Positions 28,477 through 45,482 of a stretch of DNA of 64,000 nucleotides are shown here, one piece after another. Positions within the stretch are counted from its first letter, which is position 1, and every line of letters begins with the position of its first letter. The translations under genes and the position numbers were made by a program. Origin of the DNA: the human T2T-CHM13v2.0 reference genome, Homo sapiens; assembly GCF_009914755.1 (NCBI RefSeq), contig NC_060926.1, one strand, 5' to 3'. The notes beneath the pieces were generated by a model, which did no database searches, was not told where the DNA came from, and was given only the letters and a program-made list of their open reading frames with translations.

Positions 28477-29439
28477 ACAGTATTTTTTATTTTGAATAAA
28501 ATCATGCAGATATTATTGAGAATATGTTTGGATTCATACAGATGCTTGGAATCTTTAAAGGTTTTAATGTATCAGTATATGTAAAGATGAACGTTGAAAC
28601 TGTAGCTCTTGTTACTTCAGGTAAGACACATGACATCCATTGATGCAACTGAAATCTTTACCAGCTTTTGAAATACTGTCAGAGTCATGCATATTTTCTT
28701 CAGGATGAAAGGATATTGAGAGGAAAACTATATTCAAATATAAACAATCTTCATAAAGAACCATCTGAGGTGATTAAAGATACCATGATCATCAAACAGT
28801 TAAAGGTGGAAAATAAAATATGGTATTTATGAGAATTTTGACTGGCATGAAGATTTTAATGCATATTATCTTGCTTTGCTAATCAAGGTGATTGAGATGC
28901 ACTTGCCTGTTAAATAGAACTTGCTCGTGGCTTTTAGTTATCAGAGATTTTACATTTATCTTTTCTTCATTTGAATGCTACATAAACCCTCCCCTTTGAA
29001 TCTGAGGGGGCCACTAATTTTTTTCCTAGAGTGCTACTCTTATATATTGAGAATATTTTTTCCCCTAATGCTTGGAGAATGATAACAAAAAAGAATTTTT
29101 TATTGGTTCATTTCATGCTTGGTAAGATTCCAACTGTCAAAACATTATAAAATTTTGAACCTAGAGGCACATTTCATCACCAGAGTACTAATTGCTGCAG
29201 AGAACTGGAGCGAGGCATTATGTAGTAGTATTTATTAGAGCTGCCCAATTTTAATGTTTTTTGGACCAGAGACACTTAAATAAAAGGTTAAGCTGTTTGG
29301 GCACAAAAGAAGGAAGAAAAACTGCTCAGTGCTTGCAACACATCAAATATAGTACAGGAAGGGTAGAATTAATTGAAAACTGTGCACCTACTTTCACTGA
29401 CACTCAGCATCTTATTTTCAGTGATGAGCATGGCAGATG

Positions 29440-30000
29440 TAATTCTTGGTTTATTTTCACTATGTTTAGTATTGGGAGCCGATTATGTGCTAGGGCACTG
29501 GTGATATGAGGGAAACGTGAAAGACAAGGGTCTCCCTTCATGAAGCCCATATTCTTGTGGGGAAAGGAGACAGTAAGCAAAGCATCATTAATAATATAGC
29601 AAGTAATGCTTGGTAATGGCTATAAAGACACACATAGTGGAGTAAAAGAACAGAGAGTGAGTGGTTGGAGGCAAAGGCATTTTAAATCAATCAGTTAAAG
29701 GAGGCTCTTCTAAGGAAGTGACATTTGAGAATAGCAGTGAATGAGGGCCATTCAAAAAATTAGTCATGTAAGAATTTAAGCATACAAATATCTCTCACAT
29801 AATTTCCATAGCATGAAGTACTAGAAAATAACAAAAATAAGGACAAAATGAAATAAAATGCTCTATTAAACAAATATATTAACTTCTATTTAATAGATGT
29901 CTGTTAAATATCATCTGTCAAGCCACTGACTGACTAGATAGTAAGCTGGGGAGGAGAAAAGATAAAAATGTGTCTCTGTACTTGGGAAAACTACAGTTTT
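29440..30000 (-). mobile_element. L2 3' fragments
   Basis: tatgtgctagggcactggtgatat...agacaagggtctcccttcatgaagccc...ggaggctcttctaaggaagtgacatttgag. Confidence 0.7.
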
Positions 30001-30393
30001 AGTGAGTCATTGTGGTTTGCTTAAGAGTAGGTGAACAAGCAGTCCAAAGCAGTGAAGTGTGTGGAGGCAGCAGCAGGTACTTAAGTTTGACCGAACGCTA
30101 GCCAAGTGCATTATAAGGTGATTGTTGATGAATTGTTCCTTAATCTCCATCCTTCTTCCATCTGCAACTGATACTATGCGGTCCTTTAGTGCTGATCATA
30201 TTTCTGTTCTAAATACTTGGTGCACAATAGGTACTCAGTAACAGTTCTTTGATTGGGTGAATGGATGAGTGAATGAAGACAGAAGACAGGCTTTAAACTT
30301 TTTTAAAGTATGGTTTAGAAGAAAAAGGAGTGTAGTTTTGCATGTCTTTGCAAGGGTAAAATTTATTTCATTTTTACATAAGAGTAAGGAGAA

Positions 30394-30791
<398 letters not shown>

Positions 30792-32435
30792 CTAGGTAGG
30801 GGTTTACTTTGAAAAATATGAAATAGCGTTTTTCTTCAAAGACAGGAGAAAAATAAGTCGAGTTGGACATGAGGAAAGATTTTAAGGTATAGAGGAGAAA
30901 AGTCTAGGGTGATGATCTCGGTCACATTTTAGTGGAGGTAAAAGAAAGGCCATCTGAAATAAAGAGGGACTGGAAGTCCTTGAAAACAAATGAGTTTCAG
31001 AATTGGAAATTTTTTTGATTTTTAGGTAAGTAGTAGATGCATCTACTACATACTAAGTAACACTCCTCATATGGTCTTTGGCAGTACCCTGTAATCATAG
31101 ACATTAATATTTTTCTAGCAAAACACTAATATTTATATCTGGTGAAATAATGATGATAAATAGTTTCCAGTCAATATAGTTTGTGCCAAATGTACAAAAA
31201 GATAAGAAAACACGCTTGGATATTGGAATAATGGATAAGGGATTGTGGACCTGTGCAATTTGCATGGCCTGTTTTTGTTTGCAGGAATGACTGAGATGAA
31301 TGAAATTGTTTAAGATTTGAAAAGTAGCAGGATTTTTTTGAGCAGGGGAGCCAAGCAGCTGCTGTGATGTCTGATATGGCAGAGTGGTTTCTCAGTGAAC
31401 TGCATCAGCACATTCCTGTGTGTTTCTGTGCACTCTCCTACACATGCATATGTGTGCTCTAATGCCCAGCAACCTGAATGGAAATCCAGACCACATGAAG
31501 CCCGAGTGGGACTGCAAATTTATTATGGTGGTGGTACTATTGTCAGGAATTTGTTCCAGAGGCACTGAGAAGCTTAAATGGTGAGATTAGCATATGCTTT
31601 AAGATCCAAGGGTTAAGCAAGATATGGAGTTGCTGATGTTTTTAGGACAGTTTTTTGACGAAATCACTGTTACAACTTTTTGGCTTCTATTTTATATGGA
31701 TTTTTTTCTACATAAGTTGACATAGTATTGAAACTTTTCTTGGTATTTTATATTTTTATCACAAAGGCCAAGCAGTGTGCCTAGATATATCTAGTAGATG
31801 ATGGATAACTAAATAAATTATTGTAACTATGAATTATAGCTTGTTATAAATGATCTTTCATGACTAAATAAATGAATTATTGTGTGTTTGTGCATACACA
31901 CAAACCTTTGTACTGTATTTTCCACACAGGATTGCAATAAGCCCTTTTTCAATATTGTTGTGGAAATTCTGTATATGTTAAATTATGTCTGTGGAGATTT
32001 GTGTTCGTTGACTTCATACAGTCTCAGTAGAATATGGTAGAAGTGCTAAGCAATGATTCCTTAATATTAAAATTTTAAAAAATAGTAATGCAGAAAATAA
32101 AACCATCCTATGAGTTTCATGTTTTAAGCTTTTAATTTTACCTTGAAAATATTCCCTACTGAAGATTGTGGAGCTCTACCCAGAGGCGGCCACGGGGAGA
32201 CCCTGGCATGGGAGTCTGGAGGGGTGAGGAGGAGACCAAGAGACCCCTTTGGAGACTTCATCTCTTGGTCAGTATCTCCCTCATCAAAACTCCCGACCCA
32301 CAGCAGGATGAGGATAGAACTCAAGGGTCAATGTCTCAGAACTGGGAGGAACAAGTACTCTTCTGTGACTGAGGGAACCTGTCTGACTATGTATAAATAA
32401 AATATTCTAATTATAGAGACAGATTTTTTTAATTG

Positions 32436-32567
32436 ATTTGTTTTGTTTTTTAATTTTTTTGTAGAGACAGAGTCTCACCATGTTGCCCAGGCTGGTCTCA
32501 ACTCCTAGCCTCCAGCGATCCTCCTGCCTCAGCCTGTCAAAGTGCAGGGATTACATTGTGCCCAGCT
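32436..32567 (-). mobile_element. FLAM/AluJ free left monomer
   Basis: tttgtagagacagagtctcaccatgttgcccaggctggtc...gattacattgtgcccagct; TSD-like gagaca(g/t)attttttaat on both sides. Confidence 0.85.
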
Positions 32568-35500
32568 GGAGACATATTTTTAATGTGTGTACTTGTGTTT
32601 ATGACACACATGATTTGTGATTATGGAAGAATTAAATATATTTCATATAGAAGAACTAATATATGTAGCATGAAAGCTTGCTTTTGACATTACAAATTAT
32701 AAACATAAACATTTTGGTTATTAGATTTCAGAAACGATCTCCTAGTATTAGAAAGTAGACATAGATATTCGGGTTTTAGAATTCTTTGATCAAATCCTGA
32801 TAATAGTGAAATAATGTAATTATATCACTTTCACCTGTACAAAATTCTCCTAAATAGTCTCAGTACTTGTAAGAACTTTATATATTAGTCACATCAGATA
32901 ATTTAATTTCCATTTTTGTTTCTAGGGATTTACATCCTAAGTCTCATGTAAAATTCTTCTCATAGAATTGTACCAGAGTAATTTTTTATGTTAAAATGTA
33001 TCCTCAAGGGCATAGTATGTTCTTTTACTTTTTCAATATTGTTTAAGGCCAGAAACCACAAAGTCTTTTCCTGGTGGCATTTTTTTCAAAGCTATGATCA
33101 AGTGTCACCTACATAGACAGTCATTTGTATAGAAATTTTAAAATGCCTTTCTTAACAGCTTTAAATTGTCCACCTGGACTGTGGAATGCTAAAAGATATT
33201 GTTCTCAGTATTTTTTGGGAGCCAAGAACAAATTAAAAATCTTATTCTGGTGGATGGGATTTTCTAATTTAGCATAGTACATCTCAAATATAAAAGGCTA
33301 AAACTCAGTTGAAATATAAATGATGTTTGGGAGCAAGCTACTTAGGGAATGCATGAATAATGCTTGTTGCATTCCTTTTATTATAGTTTATTCCTAGATT
33401 ATCTTACCCTTTTGAAAAAAAAATTCCGTTTCCAGAATTGTAAGGTAAAAATGCTTGTATAGTCCCATTAATTTGATACAAAGTTCTGATAGAAGAGTTC
33501 AAGAATGTTTAGGTTTGCCTTTACATCATGTCAGTACCCAATAAAACATTCTCCGCATGATGCAGAACGTACTGCAGTATTTTATGTGAGAGAAAACAGT
33601 ACCAAGAGAGAAAACATAAATGAAATTCTGCCAGACTGCTGTGGAATTTCTGTGAGTTTCAGGTCAATGTATGTGGTTCCAGAATTAAATTAACTCATGT
33701 GGAAAGAACCAGCCTTAAGAACTTTAGTATGAGCATATGTGTCTTTTATTATTCTACTTTATTATTCTCTTCTCTTTTATGACCTCTAGGTTACAATATC
33801 CCAGTACATACTACCTTTGGCTCTCTTTGAATGTCAGCTGCTGTTGAACACAGTGGACCATCTACCTAGTACCTTGTGAAGCAGATGACTTCTCCATGAT
33901 AGTGTCATACGTTTGATGTGTTCAGTTGGGGAAATACATGTCTATATAGGTTAGGCCCCAATTTTCTGGGGTTCAACACTGAGGCATCTTAAGGTAACCA
34001 AAATCAGGCCAACAACAATTTCCAGACCAGGAATACTGTGGTGTTATAGGCTACAGCTTTAAGGGTCATCACACTTTGCATGCTCAGAATTTTAAATTTG
34101 CCTCAGGATCAAGCATTTGCTAATAGCCAAAGGATTATTAACTTTAAAGGACTTTAAATGTTTAAGTGATTGTGAAATAATGGTTAGTGCATTTTTAAAA
34201 GTTTTGTCTATTTTTCACAGGCTAAAGAAATCATAATTAAATATTGTTTAACCTTCTGAGGAAAACAGGGCCTTTTCCAAAAACAGAAAAATATAAAATT
34301 TTATTAGTTTCATTGACTCGTAGAGTTACCTGTCTATTTAATACTTCTATTTCTTACGTTAAAATAAGATTTCAGAAAAATTCTGTGAGAAAAGTGATCA
34401 GGTCTTCTTCCTTCTTTTCTTAAATTGACCTTAAATGGTTAGGTAAAGGTAGCATATATTTGGGAAGACATTGTCCTGCTGGAAAGACATTTAATTCAAG
34501 CTCTTGCAGGTCAAGCCTTAGGATAATAGAAATCTGTCATCTAAGCCCCTGGTTGACTGGCACATACTGCCTAAGAAATGCCGTTTCCATATATTCTGAA
34601 TGGAGGGAAAAAAGGTTACGAAACAGATCTCCAGAACATGCAGTGATCCCTTGATGTCTGTTAAAGTACGTTTAAATTCTTTGCCCTGGGAGGAAATTGT
34701 TAGACTAATATGTATGTTGAGATATTTGATAGGTTTTTAAGAGCTGGACTTGCAGTCATTTGAAGAAATGTGAGGCATGCTCATGTGGTAGAAGTTTAGA
34801 CAGGGGCTCAAAGTCTTGGGCACTCATTGGGGCTGTGTCCACCGATTACTGACTGGCTGATTTGGATGGGGGTTCTCTGTCTCCCTGGTTCTCCCTTTTC
34901 TCCTTCATATTCTCTAAAGAGTTGCACCTGCTTCATTGATTCTCAATTACTGATTTGAAGAGTGATTCCATTAGAAGAGTCTAGGAAACTTACATAGATT
35001 CTTGTCCTATCCTCTGTGTTGGGGTCCTGGAATCTGTATGGCGTCCTGTGCTGTTTTATTTATTTACTGTTATGTAGTTTTTGTCTTCTCTCTAATTGCT
35101 GTCACTGACACAAGTGAAAGCTCTTAAGCTGAAAAGTAATAGCAGTCCTTCAAGTTCTGAACTGCTGGTCTAAAAATTCTAGCCCAGAGGATGTTGAAAC
35201 CAGACCTAATAGTGATATTGATGATGAAGAAGGTGAGTAAAGGAGTTTTGTTTGGAAGTCCCTTTAATCAGTGCCTTTGTAGAATTAAGCAAATCATTTC
35301 TCTAAATTTTTAAATTTAATATTGATGTTGTGGCCATTATTACCTTGTAATAGCTTAACCAGTTTAATGTATTCATAGTTCTCAAGATTTCCTTTAAGAC
35401 TAAAAATTAAATTATAGCATATTTTGTATGTTCTGATAACTGGACTTAAACAATTACTTGTTTTATAGTATTGAGACAGCCACTTAAGACCTTTGATTTT

Positions 35501-35724
35501 CCTCTTCTCCCCATATTTCTAGAATACTGACACTGCTTGTTTTACAACAAACTTTATGAAGAAAAATGAAATGACTGAGAGCTTTAAACAAGACTCTAGA
35601 TTGATTTTTATTGCCTTTTTAATAGTTCATTGTGTATATGTAAATTACATATTAAATGTATGAACAGATAATAAAGTTTTTCTAATGAAGGTGATATTAA
35701 TATCTAACAGCTACTAATAGGTAG

Positions 35725-36260
<536 letters not shown>

Positions 36261-36600
36261 TGTTTTGAAAATGTAGACCAAATCTCTAAACTTTTGTTTG
36301 GTAGGAAAATCAATACTCCTTGATCCCTGATATATGATGAATTTACACTGTATAACAAATAGTCTTTATCATTTCACAGAGGGCATTTATATCATACCAT
36401 TTATGAAGGGAGTTTATATCATATATTCCCAAGTTATGTTATGAAAGAAAATGATTAACAAAAATCTTTAATGGTTTGTGTACTCTGCGAAGAAAGTTTG
36501 AACATTATGGTTTAAAAATTGTGTTAGGACTTTACTGCTTCATCAGAGCTTACCATTTCCAGGAACAGGTTAGACATTCTGACATTGTTAAAATTAAATA

Positions 36601-38580
<1,980 letters not shown>

Positions 38581-40519
38581 ACACATAACCCTTTTCCTTA
38601 TTAGACCAAAAAATCCAAACTCTCTTAAATATCATGAATTTCATGTTCTTGTTTCCTTGTTTATTTTTTCTGTGTTTTTTTAAATCACAGATTTAAGATC
38701 TGCCCATTCAGAGATTTAGTTATTATATATGAGCCAATGAATACTTTACTTTGCCTACATTAGTTTCAGTTTCTGTCACTTGTAACCAGACTGTCCTGAC
38801 ACAAAAGCACAGTGTGACTGGTCAGTCGTTTCTTCCTTTCCACAAAGAAAGAAGGAGGAACATCTTCTGCCTTAAGGAAATTATTTCCAAAGAGGAAAAC
38901 CAGATACAGCGAGAATATGCACATAAGTACTCCAGATTATTTGAGAACACCTTATTCTAATGTCTACTTATCTCTATGATATCAAATCATATGAAATTAA
39001 AGCTCTGATAACTTCATTCCTCACTATAATTTACAAACACACCCAGAATGAACCCATGGCAAGTCATCAGTATCTACTACCTAATCACTTTGCTTGTGGA
39101 TTCACTATTCACTTTCCAATTTGACAATATGTTATAGTGAGGTGCTATAATTTTCATTTTAAGCTATACAACAGAAATGATATTACATTTAATGGCTGAA
39201 TGGCTTTCATGTTACAATTAGAGGTATCCTAAGCAATAAGAGTTGACAAATTATCCTTTAAAAACAAATTGCAGGACACTCACAAAGATAGCTTTTGAAA
39301 GGCTTACCAATAAGGCATCCTTGAAGTGAATATAGAGTATACTTTACTAATCTCTATGAAACTGTTTGTATTGAGGTTGTAGTTGCTTTTGAAAGGGGAG
39401 TGTTCTTTAGAAATCCTTGTGTTCAGAAGTCAAAGGTGAAGAAGTATTTCTAAGAAAATAAAATGATTAAAATAGTAGTTATTACCCAATCACTTTTAAA
39501 ATTTAATATGGGATCCCTGTGCCTAATGAAGACTGTATTTAATCTCAGTAAAGTTTACTTCCCTGTGATTCTGACAAATTTTAAGAGCAAAATTCTTTTT
39601 AAAATGTATTCTTGAAAACCATTCATTTTTGTAGTGGGTGGATTCTTTTTCCTGTAGATTTCACCAGACAAGAATTTGTATTTTCATTAGAAAAGTCTGC
39701 TCTTCAGGCTATTTCAGTTTATTCAACTTTTTTCTAAAGCAGATGCTGTTTTTCTTTTTTTTTTTTTTTCTGCTGCTGTTGACTATGCAACTGAGTGTTT
39801 CTGGCACTTGATCAGTTAAAACGTAAATCGTAAGCCAAACTACTTTCTTTTGTGACCAAACTTATGTGTAAAACATATGAGAAGGCTTTAGTCATATTCC
39901 TCTGTTTGAAATTTGCAAGGAGTCTTAGAGAAGATCTTCTATAGAAGAGAAAAGTTTGGGGGCTGCTTGGCTCTTTGCAGCCTAATTGAGGCATCTGCTT
40001 ACTGCTGACCTTTCACATATGCTTCTTTCTCCCTTTACTGCCAGTTATACTCCCGTACATCTTCTGTGAATCTGCCCTGGTCAACGTCCCATCCTTTGAG
40101 CTGCCATTCTACATTGCTTTTTCTTAAATTCAATGTGTCATCTAGTTTTTTAATTATCTCTCTGCTCCGTGAAACCAGCACTCCTCAGTTTGAACTGTCA
40201 CTCGCCTGGCACACAGATTCATAGGCCTCAACCCTGATGTACTCAAATAAGACCATGGGTTTACATTATTGACAAATGCTGCAGAAAACTCTTACGCATG
40301 CTGTTATTTGAACAGTACTCAGCCAATGAGTACTTTAAATGTAGGAACTAATTATTAATTGCATTTGTATCTCAGCAGAGCATTTATTAGAAGTTCAATA
40401 AATGCTTATTGAATAAATATCAAGATATTGAGCTCTTTACTATCCCTAAGAGATAGTAATAGTCTCCAGTCTGGTTGCTATTGGTCCACTTACATCTGGT
40501 ATGGAGTTAACAGTGTAGT

Positions 40520-40674
40520 GCCTTGCTACTCAGAGTGTGGGCCACAGATCAGCAACATGAGCATCACCCAGAAATGAAGAGTCTTGGGCCCCACTCTGGA
40601 CCTACCAAATCAGAATCTGCATTGTAACAATAACCCTAGCGATTTGTATATACATGAAAATTTGAAAAACACTG
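40520..40674. mobile_element. MER5A-like hAT-Charlie MITE
   Basis: gctactcagagtgtgggccacagatcagca...ggacctaccaaatcagaatctgcatt...aatttgaaaaacactg. Confidence 0.8.
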
Positions 40675-40759
40675 GCTTAGGGGGCCAGAGTTATACTGCC
40701 ATCTTGGAATGTAGTGAGGGAGATTTTAATCCGTTAGACAAGGAGTGACTCTTCAATGA

Positions 40760-41216
<457 letters not shown>

Positions 41217-42264
41217 TAACGTGCTGTGGAAGAAGCGTGTATGGGTAAGGTTTTCTGATGTCTTTAGGTTGATGTAGTTTGGAGTGGGGTACTTGGGAGA
41301 AATTTCATCCATTCATATTTCCCTTCAGGATTTGCTGCAATGGACTGTGCACCTCATTCCCTTAATTATCGCAGAATGAACCAGTTAGTCGTGATGATAG
41401 GCTAAATAAAGTGATCTAAGATTTAGAAGCATGAAGCATAAGTACCTTTGTGTAAAACCCAAATATTATTTAACTCTTTAGGAAATAGATTTAGAGAAAC
41501 CTGAGACTTGGGTACTCAGATCTAAGAATTTTGGCTTAATATTAAAATATTTTTAACTCTTTTAAGTCCAAGAATATGCTTTTATGAATAATTAATTAAA
41601 AATTGTTAATGACCCTCATAGGCTTTTTCTCCTAATTGAATCCACTTGCAAATGCTAGGTAAGAAAATGCCATTTGAGTCTTTCCATTTTCCCGCCTTTT
41701 TAAAACTCTCATCCTGTTTTTCCCCATGTTATCCCTGTCACGTGAACAAGTGACAGTTTTTTTCCTTTTGATGGTATTTCAGCTAGTTTAGGTGTCTGGT
41801 GGAGTTGGTGGTGGCCTGGAGAGAAGATTGGAATTGTTTAGGGGCTAGAGAATGAGCAGTTGGACAGAAATCCAAAGGAATGATGAACATTATAGAATGA
41901 GCAGTGAGAACTGCAGTGAGAGCCACGGTCATCTCTATGTCAAATAAAGGCAGGTGGCTGGGTAGTCACAGAGCCAAATTGGGAACTAGACAAAGAACCT
42001 GAGGGTGATGGAAGTATCTGGAGAGATGGCCAGGATGTGACGTGGAAGAGGTGGCATCTGTGCCTTGGATGACTGGCACAGCAGTAGCACAGATGTGGCT
42101 GCTTGTCAGTCACTGACAACCAGGGAAGGGATAGCTTCAGCTCAATAGGTTCGTTCTCAGTTTGTATGCTCCATGGCCATAGTGATTGACATTTGTGATG
42201 ACAGTTCTGCTGAATCACCTCAGACCAAATTTACATATATTACATGTCTTTTAAGGTTATGTGA

Positions 42265-43150
42265 ATGTTCCAATTATGGCTCTTTTGGTTTCAAGGAACA
42301 GAGTCTCACACACTAGTTTTATTTTAGAGAACCCGAGGGGAGAAAGGCACGTATCATGAGAAATGAAAGCAGGAAGGGAAAAATTGTCAGGACCTGAAGA
42401 AATTAATGTCTCAGCATTTGTGTTATCTTTTTTTTTCTATTTCTTTGGTCGTGGGGGATGGGAGGAGTGTCTATATGCTTTCTCTCTCTCATTTTGTGTC
42501 TCTTCCCTCCTCCCCATGATGCATTTTTTCTTACTGCATTAGTCTGTTCTCACATGGCTATAAATAATACTTGAGACTGGGTAATTTATAAAGAAAGGAG
42601 GTTTAATTCACTCACAGTTCTGCATGGCTGGGGAGGCCTCATGAATCTTACAATCATGGCGGAAGGGGAAGCAGGTACCTTCTTCACAAGGTGGCAGGAG
42701 AGAGGAGACAGCAGGGGAAACCACCGCTTACAAAACCATCAGATTTTGTGAGAACTCATTATCGTGAGAACAGCATAGGGGAAACCACCCCCATGATCCA
42801 GTCACCTCCTGTCAGGGCCCTTCCTTGACATGTGGGGATTACAATTTGAGATGAGGTTTGGGTGGGGACACAGAGCCAAACCATGTCACTGACTTTGCAT
42901 GTGACCTCCATCCTCAACATTGTTATGACTTATTAGATTCAACATCAACCATTGCCTAGCAGTAGTCTCTTGGGTCTTGGGTCAGATTCGCAGGGAGCAA
43001 GAGTACCAGCTTTCTTTAGTTTATCTCTGTAAGCCAAGCCAAACAAGCCCTTGGCTGCCTTTGAGATATGTGTATCCCTGAGCAATCAGTTGTGTTGAGT
43101 TTGAGGCCAGTCACATGACATGTAACCCTGGTTCCTTCAGAAACTGAAAA
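42265..43150 (-). mobile_element. Old LTR33/MLT1-like LTR interrupted by THE1
   Basis: ctcttttggtttcaaggaacaga at the left end; ccctgagcaatcagttgtg...ggccagtcacatgacat at the right end. Confidence 0.45.
42535..42888 (-). mobile_element. MaLR solo LTR, THE1D-like
   Basis: tgcattagtctgttctcac...gggtggggacacagagccaaaccatgtca; 354 bp; 5-bp TSD cttac/ctgac. Confidence 0.9.
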
Positions 43151-44999
43151 TGAGTCAGGTAATAACACATATATGTATCGTTGCATTTTAATCATGATTA
43201 CTCCTGACATATTTAATCAAATTTGTACAGTTCTGCCTCGTTTCAGGACACATTGGTGGGATTTACAACCAGGAATAAAATACACATTGGGAGAAGTTAT
43301 GATCCAGTGGAGAGATAACAGTTAATTAACCAAAACAGATAATTTTCTAATAGTTTTGAAAAGAGTATGTTCATAGTTGTTTTTCATACTATTGAACTTC
43401 ATTCTTAATATATGGCTTCATTTTGTTAAAGACGGGGCTTCTAACAAAACTTTTCGAAAGCACATCTTGTGGATTACTTTAATGGAAAGTATTTTGTTAT
43501 AATAGTCTTAATGGAATAATTATTTCACAGCCAGCAAGGCTAACGGAGACTATTTGTAGATTGAGGTATGTTTTCAAAGCCTAGTGGATTAGCAAACAGT
43601 TGAGGAATTAGGGCCAAATGCCTTCAAATGCTTGTCTCTTCATTTTTAAAATTAAAGTTGATATTTGAATAGACAGAAAATTTAAGTAATGAAAATCTTT
43701 GATCATCTTAATAGCAGATATCTTTAAACTATAAATTAACTGCTAATTTAATTCACTGTAATGCTATGTGAAGTGAGTGTCTTTATTTAAAAACTTGTAA
43801 TTTTGCTGAAAATATGCTGATTCTTAACCACATGTAACCTTCTGGTTATTTCATTTTGCCTTTTCACATAGTTCTTGCATGTTACCAAACTTTGGTTTTC
43901 CTTGAAATATTTTAATGTATTATGTTACATTACACTATAACAATAACTGAAAAGAAACAAGAAGTATTATTACTGATTTAATTGTCTTTTTTTATAACCT
44001 TGAATTTCATCATGATATGTAAATTAATTTTTAATGTGCCACTGAATTAGGTAAATAATTACCTTTCACAGAAGATAAGTTAAATTATAGGAAATAAATA
44101 ATCATTTGAAACTTTGAATACTTAAAAACAACAGGTAAATCGAACTATTTAAATACTATTCTATAGTTGTGAGTAAATCTCAGGAAGAATGTATCCATTC
44201 ATATCCTCTCTCCCTGAATTTTGTGTTGAGTAAGAGTTTTGCTTAAGCTTTTGCCTCTTGAAATTACTCCTTTTTTTGAGGTTTCTTTGTATGTGTCTGT
44301 AAAGAGGCACATGACATTGCTGTCTTTATGGCATTTTTTGTGAAGGTCTAATGAGAATATAGTCAACTCTGTTATTTAGCAGTAGATTAGTTGGTGTTTG
44401 GATTAATTATACTAAAATAATAATAGACATTTTACTCTTACAGTTTTAAATACTGCGAGCCAACAGAAATGATCCATATACTGAATAACATCTCGTTTGG
44501 AGTTGCTTGGTAACGGATAGAAGCTACATTAGGTCTGTTGCCACGTGAGAATCCTTGGTGCTTTTGCCAGTCCATGATGTAGCTTTTGTAGTCATGGCCA
44601 TGAACTGCGTTTTTGTGTGTGGTCTGTACAAATTTAAACAGTAACATGGTTTGGGTCTTTTAAAATGTAAATGTGATAAAATAGACCCAACTTAAAATAT
44701 TGGAATCTAAGTGAAAACTGCATATTGCTTAACATTCAAAGAAGTTATCAGTCAACTGGGAAAAGTATACCATTAAACAATTTCCATTGTAATATGAAAA
44801 AGAAATCAGATGGCTGATGGTTGAAAAAGAAAGGATAAATTGATGTCTTTTGTATCTCATTGAGATCTTGAAGCAGAAGACAAAAGCAAAAGGGAAAAGT
44901 TAAACTTGAAAAAAACATTGTCTACTTTTGATCAGACAATGCAGGTTTGGTACTGTCAGCAGGTGATTGGTGTAAGAACCTTAGTTGCCATCCGGTACC

Positions 45000-45482
45000 T
45001 GTTATATCAGGTTATGTGTCCAGCTGCTTTAACAGAGGCCAAATAATAGTGGCTTCAACAAGATGGAATGTTTATTTCTTTCTCATGCGGAAGTTTCAGC
45101 TGAAGGTAGTTTGGGGGTGGAAACCAAGCATCTTGCGCTCAGATGTTCTTTTCATCACTCTACCATGCTTTAGCAGTAACCCTGTCTATATACTAGATTA
45201 ATATAAGAAGTGTCAAATGAGATTCATATAAGGAACATAAAAAAAAGACTCTTGGGTGCCACCCCAGATTAAATTATAATCTGAGAATGAGTACTACTCC
45301 AGACCTACTGAATCAGAATCTGTGGTCATAACTTAGTCATGAGATCTCACCTCGCTGCAAAGCAGGGTGGGGAAAGGTAGTCTGTAAGCTGCAGGCAAGT
45401 ATACAGCTAAAACTTGGTTGGTTTTATTACCAAAAAGAAGTTAGAATAAATATTGAGGGAGACAATAAGTAGTTTTCTACCT
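45000..45482 (-). mobile_element. MLT1I/J-like LTR with an internal MER5-like segment (about 45175-45325)
   Basis: agtggcttcaacaagatggaatgtttatttctttctca; ccagacctactgaatcagaatctg; aacttagtcatgag...gctgcaaagcagggtggggaaaggtagt. Confidence 0.6.

Noticed and set aside
41735-41756. ctgtcac/gtgacag stem with a CACGTG E-box
   Set aside because: A 7-bp stem and a single 6-mer are expected by chance in 64 kb.
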